A DNA stretch of 50,102 nucleotides from an uncultured Gemmatimonadaceae bacterium (GTDB lineage: Bacteria > Gemmatimonadota > Gemmatimonadetes > Gemmatimonadales > Gemmatimonadaceae), in NCBI GenBank assembly GCA_964430045.1, contig CAYSFN010000002.1, positions 1-50,102 of the forward strand. Reading direction: 5' to 3'. Below, piece by piece: positions 48,830-50,102 of the stretch (positions are counted from its first letter, which is position 1; each line of letters begins with the position of its first letter). Under the pieces are notes generated by a model. The model was not told where the DNA came from. It saw nothing but the letters and a program-made list of their open reading frames with translations, and did no database searches. The translations under genes were made by a program, and so were the position numbers.

Positions 48830-49380
48830 CAATCCTCCCGTCGGGTGCCGGGGGTGACGTCGGCCTTGCAGTAGCTCGGCACGGGCGTCGGATCGGTGGG
48901 CGTGTGGGTCGTGAAGCCGGTCTGCTGGAGGCAGATGGGCGGGGTGTAGTCGAAGATCGGCCGGGCGATGTGGAAGTCGACGCCGCGGTCGGCGCCGGCG
49001 CCGTTGTTGCCCCAGTTCCAGTAGCGGCCGACGTGCGTCTCGAACGTGGCCACGAGGTGCTCGAGCTTCACGACGCGGAAGGGTCCGCCGCTGATGTCGA
49101 CAGAGCCGTCGTAGCGCAGGAACGCCGAGCCGGACGACTCGCACACGTGCACTTCGCCCTCGTGGACGAACCCTGTGCCCACCTCGTAGATGCGACCGAG
49201 CGGCGGCGCCTTGGGCAGGTCCGAGTCGGACGAACGACCGATGCCGTAGTAGGTCGGGTTGATGAGCCCGGCCGGCCAGCGCACGAAGTCACCCGAGCGT
49301 GGTCGTCGGCGTCGCACCTCGTCGTAGGGCGAGTGCACGATGCCGTCCTTGTTGATGGCTTCGACGATGAATTGGCCCAT
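48829..49380 (-). CDS. hypothetical protein
   Basis: ATG 49380. 183 aa. TGATG junction downstream. Confidence 0.55.
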   Translation of the reverse strand: MGQFIVEAINKDGIVHSPYDEVRRRRPRSGDFVRWPAGLINPTYYGIGRSSDSDLPKAPPLGRIYEVGTGFVHEGEVHVCESSGSAFLRYDGSVDISGGPFRVVKLEHLVATFETHVGRYWNWGNNGAGADRGVDFHIARPIFDYTPPICLQQTGFTTHTPTDPTPVPSYCKADVTPGTRRED

Positions 49381-49575
49381 CTAGGAACCTCCGCTGACGA
49401 GCACCTCGAGGTGCATGTTGGGGAACTTCTCGTTGACGCTGACGGCCAGGGCGCGCAGCCCGAGCTGGACGTGCTCGACGATGTCCTCGATGAGCTCCTC
49501 CTCGCCTGGGCCTTCACCGTCCCAGGTCAGCTTGTCGTCGGCGCACTTGATCTCGATGGTGTGCCTCGTGATCAC
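49381..49575 (-). CDS. hypothetical protein
   Basis: GTG 49575. 64 aa. Confidence 0.5.
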   Translation of the reverse strand: MITRHTIEIKCADDKLTWDGEGPGEEELIEDIVEHVQLGLRALAVSVNEKFPNMHLEVLVSGGS

Positions 49576-49576
49576 G

Positions 49577-49936
49577 TCACGACAGCTCCGCCCTGCGCTC
49601 GTCGATGAGTAGCTTCCACCAGTCCTCGAGCGAGGCTCGGTCCTGGGCGCCCATGTCGTCGAAGCCGAAGTAGAACTCGTCGCGCTCCTCGGGGTCGAAG
49701 CCGCCGGCCCGGATGATCGCCCGGGGTTGGGCGGGCCACGAGTAGCCCGGGTTGGTGAGCCCCTTCCAGCGGTTGAACTGGGCGGCCATGCACGTGGTCG
49801 TGCTGGCGAGGCTCATCGTGTCGAGGTCGATCTCGAAGACCCACATGGGATCCTCGGCGACTCGGTCGAGCAGGTCGAAGCCGGCCTGCACGGTGTTGCG
49901 GGCCTGAAGGGCCCGGTCTTCCCGGACGATGCTCAC
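49577..49936 (-). CDS. hypothetical protein
   Basis: GTG 49936 after GGAGG, in a GTGA overlap (alternative ATG 49948). 119 aa. Confidence 0.5.
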   Translation of the reverse strand: MSIVREDRALQARNTVQAGFDLLDRVAEDPMWVFEIDLDTMSLASTTTCMAAQFNRWKGLTNPGYSWPAQPRAIIRAGGFDPEERDEFYFGFDDMGAQDRASLEDWWKLLIDERRAELS

Positions 49937-50102
49937 GAGACCTCCCATTCGATCTTGTGGACGTGGATGTTCGGGTACGACGTCATGGTGCCGTCGGCGC
50001 GGACGGTCACGAAGCCGGGGTGCTCGAAGCTGATCGTGCCCGTGATCCTCTGGCGGGCGACGTCGCCGGCGCCGTAGAGCTGGATGGTTCCCTTGCTCAC
50101 CA
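49933..50102 (-). CDS. hypothetical protein, runs to the window edge
   Basis: The frame ending at TGA 49933-49935 reads (V)SKGTIQLYGAGDVARQRITGTISFEHPGFVTVRADGTMTSYPNIHVHKIEWEVS. The start is either GTG at 50100 or beyond the window. Confidence 0.4.
   Translation of the reverse strand, partial: VSKGTIQLYGAGDVARQRITGTISFEHPGFVTVRADGTMTSYPNIHVHKIEWEVS

Overview
This is a visibly GC-rich 50.1-kb segment (I estimate mid-60s percent GC, not computed). It reads like the non-structural arm (early genes and DNA metabolism) of a large actinobacterial phage or phage-like plasmid. Two convergent gene arrays meet at about 15.37-15.41 kb.

The plus-strand array (16-15369) holds a TM protein, an XRE regulator, a BCS1-type AAA+ ATPase, a Cas4/RecB-like PD-(D/E)XK nuclease and a Sak4/AAA_24-like ATPase. 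It continues with an SSB-like protein that has a DEEPF tail, a T7 gp4-like primase-helicase whose P-loop is split by a 158-aa mini-intein, and a DPPY DNA methyltransferase. It ends with a HerA/FtsK-like ATPase carrying a duplicated winged-helix tail, a family-4-like UDG with altered catalytic motifs, and an RHH protein.

The minus-strand array (15407-50102) has about 75 tightly packed, mostly orphan genes. Roughly fifty of their junctions are 4-nt (ATGA/GTGA/TTGA) or 1-nt (TGATG) start/stop overlaps. Recognisable members are:
- a Ku homolog and a minimal ATP-dependent DNA ligase in one operon
- a RavA-like MoxR AAA+ ATPase paired with a ViaA-like VWA protein
- an orphan RuvB-like ATPase
- two HNH endonucleases
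- a truncated PP-loop (PAPS-reductase-like) protein
- a Thr/Ser/Pro-rich exported protein

A short motif, ACTGGAAC(A/G), recurs in nearly every real intergenic gap. I saw no rRNA, tRNA, CRISPR array, integrase, transposase or virion structural genes. All domain calls rest on motifs read by eye and on remembered family signatures. No searches were run.
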